Assembly: GCA_945860165.1 (NCBI GenBank)
Contig: CAMAPL010000012.1
Span: 679 to 64,678, forward strand
DNA length: 64,000 nt
Reading direction: 5' to 3'
DNA from: Rhizobium sp. Q54
Lineage (GTDB): Bacteria > Pseudomonadota > Alphaproteobacteria > Micropepsales > Micropepsaceae
Part shown: positions 39,864 to 48,894 of the stretch, piece by piece
Layout of the letters: each line of letters begins with the position of its first letter
Position numbering within the stretch: position 1 is the first letter of the stretch
Notes under the pieces: model-generated
What the model saw: the letters and a program-made list of their open reading frames with translations, nothing else
The model's database searches: none
What the model was told of the DNA's origin: nothing
Made by a program: the position numbers and the translations under genes

Positions 39864-40721
39864 TCAGAGAACCTTCCGGAAAGCCTGACTGATCCAGGAG
39901 CCTCTGTCTTCCATCGGCTTAAGGTTGCGCCCCCGAAGGATGTTGAAGGCCGACTGATACCAGCCTGAACCGGGATAATTGCGGCCCAGCACGGCGGCGG
40001 CGGTCTGGGCCTCGCTGTTCAGGCCCAGGCTGTAATAGGCCTCGGTCAGGCGCTGCAGCGCCTCGGCGATCTGGGGGGTGGTCTGGTACTGGTCGACCAC
40101 GGTGCGGAAGCGGTTGATGGCGCCGATATAGTCGCCGCGCGCCAAGTAATAGCGGCCCACTGCCATTTCCTTGCCCGCCAGATGGTCGTTGGTCAGGTCG
40201 ATCTTGAGGGTGGCGTCGCGGGCATATTCTGTGTCGGGGAAGCGCTGCACCACGTCCTGCAGCGCCACCAGCGCGCCTTCGGTGTTGGACTGGTCGCGGC
40301 CAACGTCCACGATCTGCTCATAGAGCGAAATCGCCTTGATATAGAAGGCATAGGCCACTTCCCGGCTGCCGGGATGCAGCGAGATATAATTGTCGGCGGT
40401 GGAGATGGCGGCCGGATAGGCGTTGGCCTGGTAGGAGCAGAAGGCGCTGATCAGCATGGCGCGGCGGGCCCACACCGAATAGGGATGCTGGCGATCGACT
40501 TCGTTGAACTGTCCGGCGCAGCCTTCCCAGTTGCCCATGTTGATCATGCGCCAGCCATCGGCGTAGATCGCCTCGACGCTGCGCTCCTGGTAATTGGCGG
40601 CGTCCTTGTTGGCGTTGTTGGTCTCGTTGTCGGTATCGAACAGGGAACAGCCGGCCAGCACGATCACGGCCAGGCCCAAAAGGGCGGCGCGCCGCGGAGC
40701 ACGGACAGAGTCAGTCAGCAT
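39864..40721 (-). CDS. bamD: Outer membrane protein assembly factor BamD (lipoprotein)
   Basis: There is a lipobox in LLGLAVIVLAGC, and the TPR-like YfiO/BamD sequence follows. I prefer the start at ATG 40721 (SD GAAGGA). An alternative ATG lies at 40751. Confidence 0.83.
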   Translation of the reverse strand: MLTDSVRAPRRAALLGLAVIVLAGCSLFDTDNETNNANKDAANYQERSVEAIYADGWRMINMGNWEGCAGQFNEVDRQHPYSVWARRAMLISAFCSYQANAYPAAISTADNYISLHPGSREVAYAFYIKAISLYEQIVDVGRDQSNTEGALVALQDVVQRFPDTEYARDATLKIDLTNDHLAGKEMAVGRYYLARGDYIGAINRFRTVVDQYQTTPQIAEALQRLTEAYYSLGLNSEAQTAAAVLGRNYPGSGWYQSAFNILRGRNLKPMEDRGSWISQAFRKVL

Positions 40722-40844
40722 CACAACGGTCCTTCGCGCGAAATACCACATTGAAACAATGGGTTAACATGAGATTGGGCCGGCTTCGCGCCTTGCCCGC
40801 TCTATATACCGCGACCAGGCGGCCTCAGGAAAGTGTCCTGTTTT

Positions 40845-41687
40845 TTACAGTTCCACCCGCTGGTAATTGCCGGGGTCGGCGAACAGCGCCCGCAGCAGGG
40901 CATTGTTGGTGGCATGGCCGGATTTGCGGCCCTCGAAACGGGCGATCAGCGGGGCGCCGGCCAGCGCCATGTCGCCGATGGCGTCCAGGATCTTGTGGCG
41001 CACAAACTCATCCGCAAAACGCTGGGTTTCAGAGTTGACCACCCCGGTCGCGTCCAGCGCCAGGGTATTGGCCAGCGAGGCGCCCTTGGCCAGGTTCATC
41101 CTGTTCAGCGCTTCCAGCTCGCTGAGAAAACCGAAGGTGCGGGCGGGGGCGATCTGCGCCTTGAAGCCGGCGCGGGTGAAGGCGAATTCATAATACTGCT
41201 CGCCGATCACCGGAAAGCTGAGGTCATAAGCATAGGACAGACGTTCGGCCGTTAGCAGCGAGGCTTTGGCGTCGCCGCTTTCCACCGTCACGGGTTTGAG
41301 AACCCGGATCGCCGTCCGGGCCCGGTCCTGGTCTGCCATCCCGGCGCTTTCCAGCAGGGTGAGGTAGGACAAGGCATCGCCGTCCAGGATCGGCGGTTCC
41401 GGCCCGTCCAGGGTCACCAGCAGGTCGTCAATCTCCAGCCCCGCAGCAGCCGCCATCAGATGCTCGACCACGCCGACCTTGACGCCGCCCTGCTCCAGCA
41501 CCGTGCCGAGCCGGGTCTCCCCGACATGGAGATAGAGTGCCGGAATGTCGGCGCCCAGGTCGGCGCGGCGAAAGACAATGCCGCTGCCGGACGCGGCGGG
41601 CGCCAGGATCATGGTCACGGACACGCCGGCATGCAGGGCGGTGCCGGTGACGGTGACGGCTTTGGCGATGGTGTGACGGGGCGGCAT
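40845..41687 (-). CDS. lpxC: UDP-3-O-acyl-N-acetylglucosamine deacetylase
   Basis: I take the start at MPPRHTIAKAVTVTGTALHAG, with SD GGAG upstream. ...VEHLMAAAAGLEIDD... and ...HATNNALLRALF... are LpxC signatures. Confidence 0.9.
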   Translation of the reverse strand: MPPRHTIAKAVTVTGTALHAGVSVTMILAPAASGSGIVFRRADLGADIPALYLHVGETRLGTVLEQGGVKVGVVEHLMAAAAGLEIDDLLVTLDGPEPPILDGDALSYLTLLESAGMADQDRARTAIRVLKPVTVESGDAKASLLTAERLSYAYDLSFPVIGEQYYEFAFTRAGFKAQIAPARTFGFLSELEALNRMNLAKGASLANTLALDATGVVNSETQRFADEFVRHKILDAIGDMALAGAPLIARFEGRKSGHATNNALLRALFADPGNYQRVEL

Positions 41688-41781
41688 GGCTCCACTGTAA
41701 CCCGGACGGCCCCGGCACCAAAACGCCAGCACTTTCCCGCGCCCCCTGTTTCCACGCTAGTTTTCGGCTGGGGATTCGATC

Positions 41782-43212
41782 ATGCGCATCACATACGGGC
41801 TGGGACTGACGGGAAGCGCGATTGCGGCGCTGGTCTTGCCCGCCCAGGCACAGGCCGGCACCTGGCGCTTTCATGCCGACCATGTGCTGGGGACCTCGCT
41901 CGACCTCGCCGTGGTGGCGAAGAAGCCGCTGGCGGCGGCGCTGGCGATTGACGCGGCGCGCACCGAGATTGCCCGCCTCGACCGCATCCTCAGCGGCTGG
42001 CGCGGCGACAGCGAGTTGATGACGCTGAATGCGTCCGCCTCCCTGCCGGTGTCGCAGGATCTGTTCGCCGTGATCGCGGCCTGCGAGAAAATGCGCGACA
42101 TCACCGGCGGCGCCTACAGCGCGCGCATCGGCCGGTTGCTGGAAGCCTGCAAGGACACTCCGCGGCTTGCGGTGCGGATTGAAGCCGCAAGCCTGCGCCT
42201 GGACGCCGCCAGCCGCACCATCACCCGCCCTGACGAAGTCGTCTTCGCGGTGGACGGACTGGCCAAAGGCACCATCATCGACCGCGCGCTGGCGGCGGCG
42301 CGCTGCGTGCCGGGCGTGGACGGCGTGATGGTGGACATCGGCGGCGACCTCGCCTGCTGGGGCGCGGCCCCGGACGGCGCGCACTGGCGCATCGGCGTCG
42401 TCGATGCCGCCAATCCCGCCGACAACGCCCCGTCCCTGTCGCATCTTCTGGTCTCAGACCAGGCGGTCGCCACCAGCGGCCGTTCGGCCCGGGGCCAGCT
42501 GACCATATCGCCGCTGACCGGCGCACGGCTGAATCACATCGCCTACGCCACGGCGATAGCCGACAGCGCCGCCGACGCCGATGCGCTGGCCACCGCATTT
42601 TCGGTACTGCCGCCGCGCGAAAGCCTGGCGCTGGCCGACAGCCTGCCCAATGTCGCGGCGCGCATTGTCACCAAGGACGGCGAAACATTCACCTCGGAAC
42701 GCTGGCCGTGCGCCGGTGTGGTGGCGCAGGCGCCCCGCGCGATAGCGCAAGGACCAGCCGGCTGGCCGGCGGGCTTTGGCCTGAACGTCGAATATGAAGT
42801 GCCCAGGTTCAGCGCCGGCACCTATCACAACCCCTATGTCGCGATGTGGATCACCGATGAGAACCGCACCCTGATCCGCACCCTGCTGGTGCTGGGCACG
42901 GAGACGCGCTGGCGCGAGGAAAATTACATCTATTGGCGCCGCTTCGGGCGCAACGACGCCAAGCTGGTGGATTCGGTCAGCCGCCCGACCCGCGCGCCGG
43001 GCCAGTACAGCATCATATGGAACGGGCTGGACGATGCGGGCAAGAAAGTGCCGCAGGGCAAGTATATACTCAGCATCGAGGCATCGCGGGAAAAGGGCGG
43101 CCACACCGTCCAGGGCCTGGAACTGACCCTGGGCGCGGACGGCGCGGTGGTGGAATCCAAACCCGATGGCGAGATCGGGCGCGTGCGCGCCAGTTATGGG
43201 AGAAGCCTGTGA
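41782..43212 (+). CDS. Exported fusion protein: ApbE-like FAD:protein FMN transferase domain plus DUF2271-like domain
   Basis: The Sec leader is ...ALVLPAQAQA. ApbE-type blocks are present (SGWRGDSELMTLN, AVDGLAKG, MVDIGGDL, VATSG). The C-terminal ~150 aa (YHNPYVAMWITDENRTLIRTL...YWRRFG...GKYILSIEASREKGGH) resemble DUF2271. Confidence 0.68.
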   Translation: MRITYGLGLTGSAIAALVLPAQAQAGTWRFHADHVLGTSLDLAVVAKKPLAAALAIDAARTEIARLDRILSGWRGDSELMTLNASASLPVSQDLFAVIAACEKMRDITGGAYSARIGRLLEACKDTPRLAVRIEAASLRLDAASRTITRPDEVVFAVDGLAKGTIIDRALAAARCVPGVDGVMVDIGGDLACWGAAPDGAHWRIGVVDAANPADNAPSLSHLLVSDQAVATSGRSARGQLTISPLTGARLNHIAYATAIADSAADADALATAFSVLPPRESLALADSLPNVAARIVTKDGETFTSERWPCAGVVAQAPRAIAQGPAGWPAGFGLNVEYEVPRFSAGTYHNPYVAMWITDENRTLIRTLLVLGTETRWREENYIYWRRFGRNDAKLVDSVSRPTRAPGQYSIIWNGLDDAGKKVPQGKYILSIEASREKGGHTVQGLELTLGADGAVVESKPDGEIGRVRASYGRSL

Positions 43213-43865
43213 GTGATGTGCTGCGTGACATGGTTTCGGATGCGCTGCCGCGCCGGCCGCGCCCGATACCGCGATGGAAAATCGAATTCACCCGCCAGTC
43301 GCGCCTGTGGCATGGGTATCTGTCGGCCTTTGCCTTTATCGCTTTGATGTTCTTTTCCATCACCGGCCTTCTGCTCAACCATCCCGAATGGCTGAAGCAG
43401 GAAGACGCCGCGCCGCAGGAAACGCGTTTCACGGTGCCCCCGGGCGACGTCGCCGCCGCTCTCAAGACCGCCGATCCGGCTCGCGCGCTGGGCGCGATGA
43501 TGGCCCGGCAGGACGGTGTGGGCGGGGTCTATGCCAGCGGCGAGATCGACGGCGAGGAAGCCTTCCTGCGCTTTGAAGGCGTCAGCGGCAATGCCAGCGT
43601 CATGGTGGATTTGAAAAGCGGTGCGGCCGAAGCGACTCGGCAGAAGGCCGATGCCGTCACCATCCTGAACGACCTGCATCGCGGCAAGAGTGTCGGCGAT
43701 GTCTGGAAGCTGCTGATCGATGTATCGGCCGCGATCTTCCTGATCCTATCGCTGGTCGGCTACATCCTGTTTTTCAGCCTGCGTTACCGCCTAGCGCAAA
43801 GCCTGGGTCTGACGGTGGCAAGCCTTGCCGCCATGGCCGCCATCTTTGTCTGGCTGGTGCCTTAA
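43209..43865 (+). CDS. PepSY-associated TM-helix membrane protein
   Basis: The GTG start overlaps the upstream stop (GTGA). An alternative ATG lies at 43230. ...QSRLWHGYLSAFAFIALMFFSITGLLLNHPEW... and ...LNDLHRGKSVGDVWKLLIDVSAAIFLILSLVG are PepSY_TM patterns. Confidence 0.68.
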   Translation: MSDVLRDMVSDALPRRPRPIPRWKIEFTRQSRLWHGYLSAFAFIALMFFSITGLLLNHPEWLKQEDAAPQETRFTVPPGDVAAALKTADPARALGAMMARQDGVGGVYASGEIDGEEAFLRFEGVSGNASVMVDLKSGAAEATRQKADAVTILNDLHRGKSVGDVWKLLIDVSAAIFLILSLVGYILFFSLRYRLAQSLGLTVASLAAMAAIFVWLVP

Positions 43866-43928
43866 ACTTTAGTGCGCGTGTCCGCTTTGGGTGGTGGTCT
43901 CAAGGGGTGGACGCAACATTTTATCTAA

Positions 43929-44859
43929 GTATCTGAGCGGGAACATACTGAATCCGATGAAATATTTATGATTCAAGAGAGGCGGCCCTGATTCGAGGGT
44001 GGTCACCGATGTGGACGGCGCAAAATCGTGGATGTTATGACCGCAGCCGATTACGATACCCCAGCGACTTGACCGACGAAGAATGGGCCTATGTGGCGCC
44101 ACAGATCCCCGCGGCCAAGCGCGGCGGCAACAAGCGCCATGTCGATGTGCGCGAAGTGATGAACGGCATTCTGTATGCTCTGAGTACCTGCTGCCAATGG
44201 CGGGCGATTCCGAAAGACTTGCCACCACGCAGCACGGTTTACGATCACTTCGAGCTGTGGAGTTGGGACGGCACTCTGGAGCGCATCCATCACGCTCTCT
44301 ATGTGACGTGCAGAGACCGCGAAGAACGAGAAGGCAGCCCCAGTGCCGCGACCATCGACAGCCAGAGCGTCAAGAGGGCGGAAAAAGTGGGCGCGCATCG
44401 ATCCGTGTGGCTTCGATGCGGGGAAAAAGATCAGAGGCAAGAAGCGCCACATTCTCGAAGATACACTCGGCCTTCTGTTGAACGCCGTTGTTCATCCTGC
44501 CGATGTCCAGGACCGCGATGGGGCGGCGTTCGTTCTCGACGCACGTACGCGCGCACTGTTTCCGTTCATCCTGGGCATCTTCGCCGATGCAGGCTACCAG
44601 GGGCCACGCGCCGCATTGGAAGCAACGCAAAGCGGCGATTGGGCCATCGAAATCGTCAAGCGCAATGAGTTGCACAAGTTTGTCATCCTGTCGAAACGGT
44701 GGATTGTCGAGCGCACAATTGCATGGCTGAACCGCTGCCGCAGACTCGCAAAAGCCTGAGAGAACCTCAATCGCAAGGCGCTCGCATTCCTGCGCCTCGC
44801 ATCAATCCGCCTCATGCTCCAAAACTATGCAATCCATTGTGATGTTCCCGGTCAGACAC
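43929..44859 (+). mobile_element. IS5-family insertion sequence (931 bp, IS1031/IS427-like), decayed
   Basis: The ends are GTATCTGAGCGGGAACAT (left) and, as the reverse complement of the right end, GTGTCTGACCGGGAACAT. They match at 16/18 positions. A direct TAA flanks both ends (43926-43928 and 44860-44862). Confidence 0.75.
44009..44859 (+). pseudogene. IS5-family DDE transposase, frameshifted and nonsense-interrupted
   Basis: Frame a reads MWTAQNRGCYDRSRLRYPSDLTDEEWAYVAP...ATIDSQSVKRAEK. Frame b, shifted +1, reads ...RIDPCGFDAGKKIRGKKRHILEDTLGLLLNAVVHPADVQDRDG...WIVERTIAWLNRCRRLAKA-TGA-ENLNRKALAFLRLASIRLML. The TGA sits where related proteins have Trp. Confidence 0.75.
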
Positions 44860-44883
44860 TAAAGCCCTGACTGATTGATCGCA

Positions 44884-46359
44884 TTACTGATCCTGCACCG
44901 CGACAACGGGCTCTTCGTTGCGCACCTGTTGCTTGGGCTGTTGCGGCACGGCAGGCTCCCGCTCCGGCATGTCGTTGGCGTCTTCATCGGCGTAATGCGG
45001 GCGGTCCAGCGTCTTCAGGAAATACTCCCTGCTGGGCATGCCAATCATTTCATGCTCCAGCGCAGGGTAGGATGCTTCGGTGGTGCCAGGCGGCACCGAT
45101 TGGGGCACGCGGGTGTCAGCCCCCTTGACCAAGGCCTGCTTGATGCCCTCGAAAGCCGCCTTGCGTTCCTCCTCCGGGGCCAGCTTGGGAATATCCATCG
45201 GCTTGTCCGGATCGACCACGAAGGCCGCCGACATCTTGATGCGGTAGACGGACGAGATACCGTCATACCTGCGGGTCCTGGGGTTCCACATCCCGTCAGC
45301 ATTGCGCTTGAGCGCATAATATAAGGCAACGGCATCCTCATGCTCGCGGGTGCCCTGCTGCCCGCCGTCCTGGGCAAAGGTATTCTCGGAATACAAGTCA
45401 CTCCAGTTGCGGTAACCGCCGATCAGACCGGTCGCGCTGAGGCCATCAGGCGCGATGTTCAGGCGGATCTTACCGTTGATGAAATTCGTGTCGCCGGTCT
45501 GATCGTAGAACCAGGCGATGCGCGGACTGTGCAGATGCTCGACCTGCTCCGTCTCCACTACGCCGTTATGTATCCTGGCTTTCAGCCTGGTGTATTGGGC
45601 GGGCTGCAGGATGCGATAGGAATAGCCAGTGGAGATGTCACCGCGCGCATCCTTGACGGTAGCATCGGGCGAATAGCCAATCTCCATAATGGCATCGCTG
45701 TCGTTCCTCGGGTCCCGGTTGCCGGAAACCCGGATCACCATTGTGTAGAGACCTTCCTGCATTTTGTCGTTGGCGCGCAGGTCAAGCGTGGCGTTGCCAC
45801 CGCCCCGCCAGGGCGCATCGCAGCCCCAAGCCCGGTACAAAGCATTATCAATGCCCTTCTCGCCATCCGGGCTGATGAAGTCATTGGGCTTGATTTTTCC
45901 GTCCAGGTTGAAGCCGTCGCCGATCCGGCTGGTCACTTCCGGTTGGCCGGGATCGTCGGCCGCCCAGGGATTCACATAGGTTTCGATGCCGCGCTTGTAG
46001 CCGCGATAGGACATGGCCCGGGCCCAGATATGGCGGCGGGCGAGGCCCGGGGTTTTGCTCTGGTCCACCCCGGGTGGCGCGGTGACCCAGTCGATCTCCT
46101 GCTGCGAGCGCCATTTCTGGAGCGCTATTGCGGCTTTGGTATAGTCAGGACTGGCGAGATGAACCGTGCTGCCGTGTGGGCAGTCCACCCCCGGCTCGAC
46201 CTCCGCGCCGCGGCTGTAATCGGGCCGCCCGCCATAGCGAAAGGCGTATTCGTAAGCACTCACCACAAAGCCGCGGCTCCAGGGCGCGGCCAGAGCCGGC
46301 ATCGCTGTGCCACTGGCCATGCTGAACGCCATAGCGGTAACCAGAAGACGCCTGTGCAT
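44884..46359 (-). CDS. Exported protein of unknown function (491 aa)
   Basis: The Sec leader is MHRRLLVTAMAFSMASGTAMPALAAP. The composition is normal for a coding region, whereas the antisense ORF looks Arg/Gly/Ala-rich. There is an acidic/Pro-rich C-terminal tail. I recognise no family. Confidence 0.6.
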   Translation of the reverse strand: MHRRLLVTAMAFSMASGTAMPALAAPWSRGFVVSAYEYAFRYGGRPDYSRGAEVEPGVDCPHGSTVHLASPDYTKAAIALQKWRSQQEIDWVTAPPGVDQSKTPGLARRHIWARAMSYRGYKRGIETYVNPWAADDPGQPEVTSRIGDGFNLDGKIKPNDFISPDGEKGIDNALYRAWGCDAPWRGGGNATLDLRANDKMQEGLYTMVIRVSGNRDPRNDSDAIMEIGYSPDATVKDARGDISTGYSYRILQPAQYTRLKARIHNGVVETEQVEHLHSPRIAWFYDQTGDTNFINGKIRLNIAPDGLSATGLIGGYRNWSDLYSENTFAQDGGQQGTREHEDAVALYYALKRNADGMWNPRTRRYDGISSVYRIKMSAAFVVDPDKPMDIPKLAPEEERKAAFEGIKQALVKGADTRVPQSVPPGTTEASYPALEHEMIGMPSREYFLKTLDRPHYADEDANDMPEREPAVPQQPKQQVRNEEPVVAVQDQ

Positions 46360-46541
46360 GATCCCGCTCCCGTCTCGGGGACTACCCCCACGGCTTTATA
46401 TTTAAGGCCATTGAGACAGACGTGAACCCCATAGGCAACGGGGGGCAATATGGGACCGAAAGCCCTGCAATAACAGTGCGGCAGGTAGCGGCACAGACCC
46501 GGTTCCGGGTCCCAATTTCACCGGACATGCCCTCACCAGCT

Positions 46542-47789
46542 TCATAGCATCTTGAATTCGGGTTCCAGCCGCTCCCTCACCGCCGCCTCGTTCAGCTCGA
46601 CGCCGATACCGGGCGCATTGGAAACGGCGAGACAGCCTTCCGCGTCCAGTTTCACCGGCTCACACAATTCGGTGAACAGCTTGTTCTCGTAATGGGTAAA
46701 TTCCTGGATCAGGAAATTGGGGATCACTGCGCAGACATGGTTGATGCCCATGGTCCCTAGCGGTGTGCAGACGCCATGGGGCGCCACCGGCACATTATAC
46801 GTCTCGGCCATAGCCGCGATCTTCAACCCCTCCATCAATCCGCCCGCTTTGGTGAAGTCCGGCTGGATGATAGACAGCGCCTGCTTCTCGAGGAAGGGCC
46901 GGAAGCCGGCGCGGGTATAGATATTCTCGCCCGCCGCGATGGGCACGCGGGAATTGTTGCGGATGCGGACCATAGATTCGACATTGTCGCTGGTAGTCGG
47001 CTCTTCCACGAATAGCGGGCGATACTGTTCGACCTGCTGGCAGACCTTCAGTCCGGCTTCCAGGTCGTAATGGGCATGCAGCTCGAGCCCCAGCTCGGTA
47101 TCCAGCCCCAGTTCCTTGCGAAAGCCGGCGAAGAAATTCACTGTGTCGTCAATCTGGTTATTAGTCATGTGCAGGCCGAAGCGCTTGCCCTTTTCAAAGC
47201 CCTTGTTAATGGACCAGTCGTCGCTGGAATAATCCAGGCCGACCTTCAGCGCCCGCAGCTTGAGCCGGTTGACCAGCTCGCGCCCTTCCTTGGGACTGGC
47301 GGCATGGACATAGACCGGTACGCGGTCGCGGATCTTGCCGCCCAACAACTGGTGGATCGGTAGGCCCAGCGCCTTGCCAGCCAGGTCCCACAACGCCATC
47401 TCGACCCCGGATGCGGCGGTGAGATAGGGACCGCCATTTCCCTTGATGAATACCACCGATGGCGGGCCACCTAGGTTGATGCGGCGATAGCCATTGAAGT
47501 CGGCCACGATGCTCTGGATCTCCAGAGGATCCCGGCCCTTTAGCATCACATTGAAGTTGTTGTTGATGATGTATTCGGCACCCATCGTGTCGACGAACTC
47601 GCCGGTGCCGGTCAGGCCTTCCTCGGTATAGACGCGCACAAAGCGGGGATTGAATCCGTTCTTTAAACGGATGGCGCGCACTTCGCGAATGCGCAGTTTG
47701 GGCGCGCGCGAGGTGCCCGCGGCTTTCGCGTCGCCGAGCAGCGCGCCATAGAAAGCAGCGGCGCCACCGATGAAAGAACGACGATCCAT
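46542..47789 (-). CDS. Enolase-superfamily (mandelate racemase/galactonate dehydratase-like) enzyme with Tat signal
   Basis: I take the start at MDRRSFIGGAAAFYGALLGDAKAAG, preceded by SD GGGAGGG. The catalytic-domain homology starts at ~residue 30 (LRIREVRAIRL...). The C-terminal ...YNVPVAPHGVCTPLG...IPNFLIQEF is the enolase-superfamily barrel. Confidence 0.8.
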   Translation of the reverse strand: MDRRSFIGGAAAFYGALLGDAKAAGTSRAPKLRIREVRAIRLKNGFNPRFVRVYTEEGLTGTGEFVDTMGAEYIINNNFNVMLKGRDPLEIQSIVADFNGYRRINLGGPPSVVFIKGNGGPYLTAASGVEMALWDLAGKALGLPIHQLLGGKIRDRVPVYVHAASPKEGRELVNRLKLRALKVGLDYSSDDWSINKGFEKGKRFGLHMTNNQIDDTVNFFAGFRKELGLDTELGLELHAHYDLEAGLKVCQQVEQYRPLFVEEPTTSDNVESMVRIRNNSRVPIAAGENIYTRAGFRPFLEKQALSIIQPDFTKAGGLMEGLKIAAMAETYNVPVAPHGVCTPLGTMGINHVCAVIPNFLIQEFTHYENKLFTELCEPVKLDAEGCLAVSNAPGIGVELNEAAVRERLEPEFKML

Positions 47790-47856
47790 GAGACCCTCCC
47801 GATTTTTGCCGCAGACTAGCGCGTCCAACGGGAAAAGAGAAAAATTTCACACTGAT

Positions 47857-47876
47857 GGAATGTCAGTATACATTCC
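47857..47876. promoter_or_regulatory. Candidate operator: 7-6-7 inverted repeat in a divergent promoter region
   Basis: GGAATGT-CAGTAT-ACATTCC in the AT-rich gap between the divergent enolase-like gene (start 47789) and the RraA-like gene (start 47926). Confidence 0.3.
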
Positions 47877-47925
47877 CGCGAACAACCGGTCGTGATAAAA
47901 ACTGCCGAGATTGAAGGGGTAAAAT

Positions 47926-48894
47926 ATGAAACACTTTTCGCTGGCGCTGGCCGTCCTGCTTACCACATCCGCAGCCGCATCGGCGCATCAGAGTTTCTAC
48001 ACGCCGGACGAAGTCATCCATAACAGCCCCGAATGGAAGGGGGAGCGCCTCCCCGACGGCCGACCCAAGGTGCCCGATACCATCCTGGACCGGATGAAGA
48101 ATGTCACTCTGGAAGAGGCGTGGTCGATCCTGCGCGGCGCCGGTTTCGACAATCAGTATGAAGACGGCTGGGCGGCCGATCTGTTCGCCGGCAAGATCAT
48201 GGTGGGCCGCGCCCTCACCTCAAGCTGGATTCCCGGACGGCTGGACCTGCAGAAGGTGATCGAGGCCGATGGCCTGGCCGACAAGCGCAAGGGCGCGCCC
48301 AATGCCTGGCCGGTGGACATGCTGCAGCCGCGCGACGTCTATGTCAGCGATCACTTCGGGCTGAAGAAAGACGGCCCCTCGATCGGCGACAATGTCGCCA
48401 ACGCCATCTATGCGCGTTCCGGCAATGGCATCGTCTATGATGGCGCCGTCCGCGACATCAACGGTATCCGTGAATTGCCCAATTTCGTTACCGTGGCGCG
48501 CGCTTATGATCCATCGCACCATTTCGGCCGCATCGAAGAACCCCGCCCGCTAAATTCCACCATGATCTCAATAAACGCCCCCACCCGCATCGGCAAGGCG
48601 GCGGTGATGCCTGGCGATGTGGTGCTGGTGCGTGACGGCGGCGTGATCTTCATTCCGCCCCAGCTGGCCGAACAGGTGGCGCGTCAGTCCGAACGCATTC
48701 GCTTGCGCGACATCTTCGGCCATCTGCGGCTGAAAGAGGGCACCTACACCGCCGGTCAGATCGACCGCCCATGGACGCCGGAGATCGATGCAGATTTTGC
48801 GGGCTGGCTAAGCCAGAACATCGGCAAGCTGCCGGTGGCGCGGCCGCAGATCCAGGAATATCTGGACGAGATGGCCAAGCGCGCCGGCCGTTAG
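47926..48894 (+). CDS. RraA-family (HMG/CHA aldolase-like) protein with Sec signal and N-terminal extension
   Basis: The leader is MKHFSLALAVLLTTSAAASA. GDNVANAIYARSGNGIVYDGAVRDINGI is the RraA-family GDN...DG..RD core. At 322 aa it is much longer than the ~160-230 aa typical of the family. Confidence 0.75.
   Translation: MKHFSLALAVLLTTSAAASAHQSFYTPDEVIHNSPEWKGERLPDGRPKVPDTILDRMKNVTLEEAWSILRGAGFDNQYEDGWAADLFAGKIMVGRALTSSWIPGRLDLQKVIEADGLADKRKGAPNAWPVDMLQPRDVYVSDHFGLKKDGPSIGDNVANAIYARSGNGIVYDGAVRDINGIRELPNFVTVARAYDPSHHFGRIEEPRPLNSTMISINAPTRIGKAAVMPGDVVLVRDGGVIFIPPQLAEQVARQSERIRLRDIFGHLRLKEGTYTAGQIDRPWTPEIDADFAGWLSQNIGKLPVARPQIQEYLDEMAKRAGR

Noticed and set aside
44381-44397. Programmed ribosomal frameshift at GAAAAAG in the IS5-family transposase
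   Set aside because: The downstream frame is +1, not -1, relative to the upstream frame, and a separate TGA nonsense codon is present. Mutational decay is the simpler reading, although sequencing error in the GC run cannot be excluded.
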